This document shows, piece after piece, positions 25,001 through 27,889 of a DNA stretch of 27,889 nucleotides. The stretch is from a bacterium (GTDB lineage Bacteria > JAHJDO01): contig JBDRTG010000042.1 of the NCBI GenBank assembly GCA_043824255.1, positions 1-27,889 on the forward strand. The letters run 5' to 3'. The position numbers were made by a program, and so were the translations under genes. Numbering within the stretch: position 1 is the stretch's first letter; each line of letters starts with the position of its first letter. The notes beneath the pieces were generated by a model that ran no database searches, was not told the origin of the DNA, and saw nothing but the letters and a program-made list of their open reading frames with translations.

Positions 25001-27106
25001 ATGTCAATATTCTTCCTTAATCCAGTTTTCCTCTTTGGTATGTTGTCAGGGATTATTCCTATCGTAATACACCTGGTATCAAATCGCAAAACTGAAACCA
25101 TCCAATTCAGTACTTTAAGATTCTTAAAGCTCTCGCATCTTAGAACAATGACAAGACTAAAGCTCAGACAAATCATATTATTATTGCTCAGAATCCTTAT
25201 ACTTATACTCATATCGCTTGCAATATCAGGACCTGTTGTAAAATTCTCCGGATTTTCGTTTTTCGGGAAAGGGGAAGCAGTAAGCGCTGTTATTATTCTT
25301 GATAATTCATACAGCATGGCTTATGGAGGAACAGATACGCCTTTTGATAAAGCAAAGGATGCTGCTGTACAAATATCAAAATCTATTAAAAGATCGGACG
25401 AAGTTGCACTTATTCTAACAAACAGCAGAGGATATCAAGGTAGTCTGGAGGATATTATGCCAGATATTTCATTATCAAATGATTATGCTGACATTGGAAA
25501 GGCTTTAGTCGAAGCAATAGAAATTCTTGATAAGTCTGCAGGGCCTAATAAGGAGATATACTTAATCTCAGATTTGCAAAAAGTTTCCTGGGATAATATA
25601 AAATCTCCAATTAATCTTAGCTCCGATGTGCATCTATATCTTGTGAATGCAGGAAAGGAAGATTTTTCTAATACTGCAATAACAGATGTAAGGCTTAAGG
25701 TGCAGAGAATGTCTCTACAGGCGCATGCTGAGATAAATAATTTCTCAAACTATGCAACAAAAACCAATGTATATATCTATATTGACAATGTAAAAAAGCA
25801 GGAACATACAGCATATATAGATGCCAACTCAAAGATTATCCTAAACTTCTCAGTGGACATGGATAAGCCGGGATTGCACCACGGCTATATCAGTATTGAC
25901 CATGACAAGCTGAGCGTAGATAATAAATATTTTTTTACTGTTAAAGTAGCTCCTGTATTTCCAGTGCTCCTTGTTAATGGACATAAGTCTGTTTTTCCAT
26001 ATTTAGATGAGTGTTTTTATTTAAGATCTGCTTTGAGCCCATCCAAAGGGGCATTATCAAGCATAAAGATAGATGAAATAACCAGAGAGAGTTTCTTATC
26101 TGAAAACATCAATAAATATTCTCTTGTTATACTTGCCAATGTAAAGGTCAACAATCAGGATATTGCAGACATACTAAAACCATACATACATAAAGGAGGA
26201 AACCTGCTGATATTCCTGGGAAATAATACTAATGTTCCTGATTATAACCGTATCTTTTATGAGAGTGGATTACTGCCTTCAAAACTTCTTATGTCTATGG
26301 GAGATGAAGATGACCATTCTAATTTTTTTACATTTGCAAAAGTACGTTATAAAAACAAGATATTTGATATATTTGAAGGAACAAATGTCGATTTGAGCCG
26401 TATACATTTTTATAAGATTTATGCTGTACAATATGACTCTGCCATGGAAAAATCGACAAAAGTGCTATCATGGTACACAAATGGTTATCCTATGTTTTTA
26501 GAAAAACAGTTGAGTAAAGGAAGAATCTTCCTGTTTACAAGTTCTCCTAATATTTCGTGGAATGACTTCCCTATTCATCCTGCATACTTGCCCTTTCTGC
26601 ATCAGATTATATATTCACTGGAACGAGAGACGACTCAGCCGCAAAGTTATTTAGTTAATTCAGCACTCAGACTTAAGATTCCTCCTGATGTGGAAAAAGT
26701 TTCAGTAATAAGCCCGGATGGTACTCTCTGGCAGACTGCATCTATTGAGAATGATACATTCAGTTATACCAACACAAAAACGCCAGGTATTTACCAGGTT
26801 GATCCAGGCAAGACTCTATTTGCTGTTAACCTTGATACTAAGGAGTCAGATCTATCAAAAATAGCCAGGGATGGGATTAATAGGTATATAAAAGGGAATT
26901 TAAGCCTCATATCTACATTTGATGAGATTATTCCAAGCATGAGAAGAACAAGAGAAGGTGTAAGACTCTCAAATCCTTTACTCTTTCTATTAATATTGCT
27001 ACTACTTGTTGAGGGAATTATAGCTAATAGATTTATTCCTTCCTATGCTGAACGCAAAAAAATGTTTATACATGCAAGAAGTAAAGGGTCAAATCTTTCA
27101 TATTGA
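25001..27106 (+). CDS. BatA N-terminal domain + VWA membrane protein
   Basis: FLNP.FL.G.....IPIVIHL, FSTLRFL, LLLLRILIL BatA motif; MIDAS DNSYSM and LISDLQ; FAVNLD..ESDL; C-terminal TM (LLLLVEG). Confidence 0.9.
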   Translation: MSIFFLNPVFLFGMLSGIIPIVIHLVSNRKTETIQFSTLRFLKLSHLRTMTRLKLRQIILLLLRILILILISLAISGPVVKFSGFSFFGKGEAVSAVIILDNSYSMAYGGTDTPFDKAKDAAVQISKSIKRSDEVALILTNSRGYQGSLEDIMPDISLSNDYADIGKALVEAIEILDKSAGPNKEIYLISDLQKVSWDNIKSPINLSSDVHLYLVNAGKEDFSNTAITDVRLKVQRMSLQAHAEINNFSNYATKTNVYIYIDNVKKQEHTAYIDANSKIILNFSVDMDKPGLHHGYISIDHDKLSVDNKYFFTVKVAPVFPVLLVNGHKSVFPYLDECFYLRSALSPSKGALSSIKIDEITRESFLSENINKYSLVILANVKVNNQDIADILKPYIHKGGNLLIFLGNNTNVPDYNRIFYESGLLPSKLLMSMGDEDDHSNFFTFAKVRYKNKIFDIFEGTNVDLSRIHFYKIYAVQYDSAMEKSTKVLSWYTNGYPMFLEKQLSKGRIFLFTSSPNISWNDFPIHPAYLPFLHQIIYSLERETTQPQSYLVNSALRLKIPPDVEKVSVISPDGTLWQTASIENDTFSYTNTKTPGIYQVDPGKTLFAVNLDTKESDLSKIARDGINRYIKGNLSLISTFDEIIPSMRRTREGVRLSNPLLFLLILLLLVEGIIANRFIPSYAERKKMFIHARSKGSNLSY

Positions 27107-27135
27107 CAGTCTTTTCTCATCTTCCACATCTATTT

Positions 27136-27888
27136 TCATGGTCTCCAGATTTCGTCTGAGGTCCCCCAGGTATTATCCGCATCATCCTTATCCATCCATT
27201 TAACATGACCGTCGCAGAAAAGGATATTGGCTCCTCCATTATGGCGGTTATCTAACGCACAGTAGAGGTAGTTACTATCTCCCGGGGAATAACCTTTTCT
27301 ATTCTGAATTCTAAAGTAGCCACTCATAGGCGGCGGATTGGGACCCCCACCCACAGTCTTCCAGGCTGAATCCGCCACCAGGAATGTTTGCGAAGGCTTA
27401 GTTATACTGCTCAATCTCCATAATTTTTCGTAGTCGTAGCTACTATCCTCATATTGGAGATACCAGTTCATCCCATAAGGCATCGTGCTGTTATAGGCAT
27501 CAGGGTCGGTAATGCTTCCCGTTTTCTGAGAAGGGCAGTTAAAGAGTTCATAATTGTTATTGGCATAGTCATAAACCTTATGAAACCATGTTTCCTCGTT
27601 CCCAAAGTATGCTTGGGGAATCCAGCCATCGTTATCATCAGCATACATAAAGAAAGCCAGGCCAATCTGCCTCAGATTGCTCACGCATTTGATCTGTCTC
27701 GCCCTTTCCCTTGCTTTAGCTAAAGCAGGCAAAAGCATTGACGCAAGTAGGGCTATGATGGCTATTACAACAAGTAACTCTATTAACGTGAAACCATGTA
27801 TTTTCTGTGCTAGGATTGAAGAACGAAAACGATAAACAGGTAATTTAACCTTAAAACAGGAGGCAAAAGAATGGATACAATTACGTAC
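27136..27888 (-). CDS. Prepilin-type N-terminal cleavage/methylation protein with H-X9-DG C-terminal motif (DUF1559-like); 5' end unresolved
   Basis: Frame extends upstream of ORF-track start 27738 as ...[47 protein letters not shown]-terminal [15 protein letters not shown]. Frame is open to the window edge with no in-frame ATG/GTG/TTG above the cleavage motif. Confidence 0.85.
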   Translation of the reverse strand, partial: VRNCIHSFASCFKVKLPVYRFRSSILAQKIHGFTLIELLVVIAIIALLASMLLPALAKARERARQIKCVSNLRQIGLAFFMYADDNDGWIPQAYFGNEETWFHKVYDYANNNYELFNCPSQKTGSITDPDAYNSTMPYGMNWYLQYEDSSYDYEKLWRLSSITKPSQTFLVADSAWKTVGGGPNPPPMSGYFRIQNRKGYSPGDSNYLYCALDNRHNGGANILFCDGHVKWMDKDDADNTWGTSDEIWRP

Positions 27889-27889
27889 G
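27871..27889 (+). CDS. Possible start of a plus-strand gene (MDTITY...), truncated by the window end
   Basis: AGGAGG (27858-27863), 7 nt, then ATG; only 6 codons visible. Confidence 0.35.

Noticed and set aside
27136..27738. Diversity-generating retroelement target or shufflon for the pilin
   Set aside because: No template/variable repeat pair, reverse transcriptase, invertase or flanking inverted sites visible in this window.

Overview
AT-rich chromosomal segment of a diderm bacterium; lptCAB, an H-X9-DG/DUF1559-type prepilin and a MoxR-DUF58-BatA cluster suggest a PVC-related lineage, which is inference only. Order: truA-dnaE (+); a ~690-bp gene-free AT-rich spacer holding a clear 28-bp dif-like XerC/D site flanked by 25-bp TAAC-N17-GTTA palindromes (probable replication terminus); a divergent araC / uroporphyrinogen-decarboxylase-like pair with a tandem operator over the araC start; a long minus-strand run (aldo-keto reductase, pfkA, Cys-rich DUF6485-like, hisS, aspS, 7TM-HD PgpH-like, ybeY, dgkA-PAP2 fusion, CNNM/CBS protein, DUF502, lptC, lptA, lptB); a plus-strand cluster behind a sigma54-type promoter (two glycosyltransferases, MoxR, DUF58, BatA/VWA); and a minus-strand prepilin-like gene with no start codon inside the window. 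I saw no rRNA, tRNA, CRISPR array, transposase or integrase, and no clearly new multi-gene system. The most notable items are non-coding (dif and its accessory palindromes, a C6-loop hairpin, operators and promoters), a PgpH-like HD domain missing one metal ligand, and the start-less pilin.
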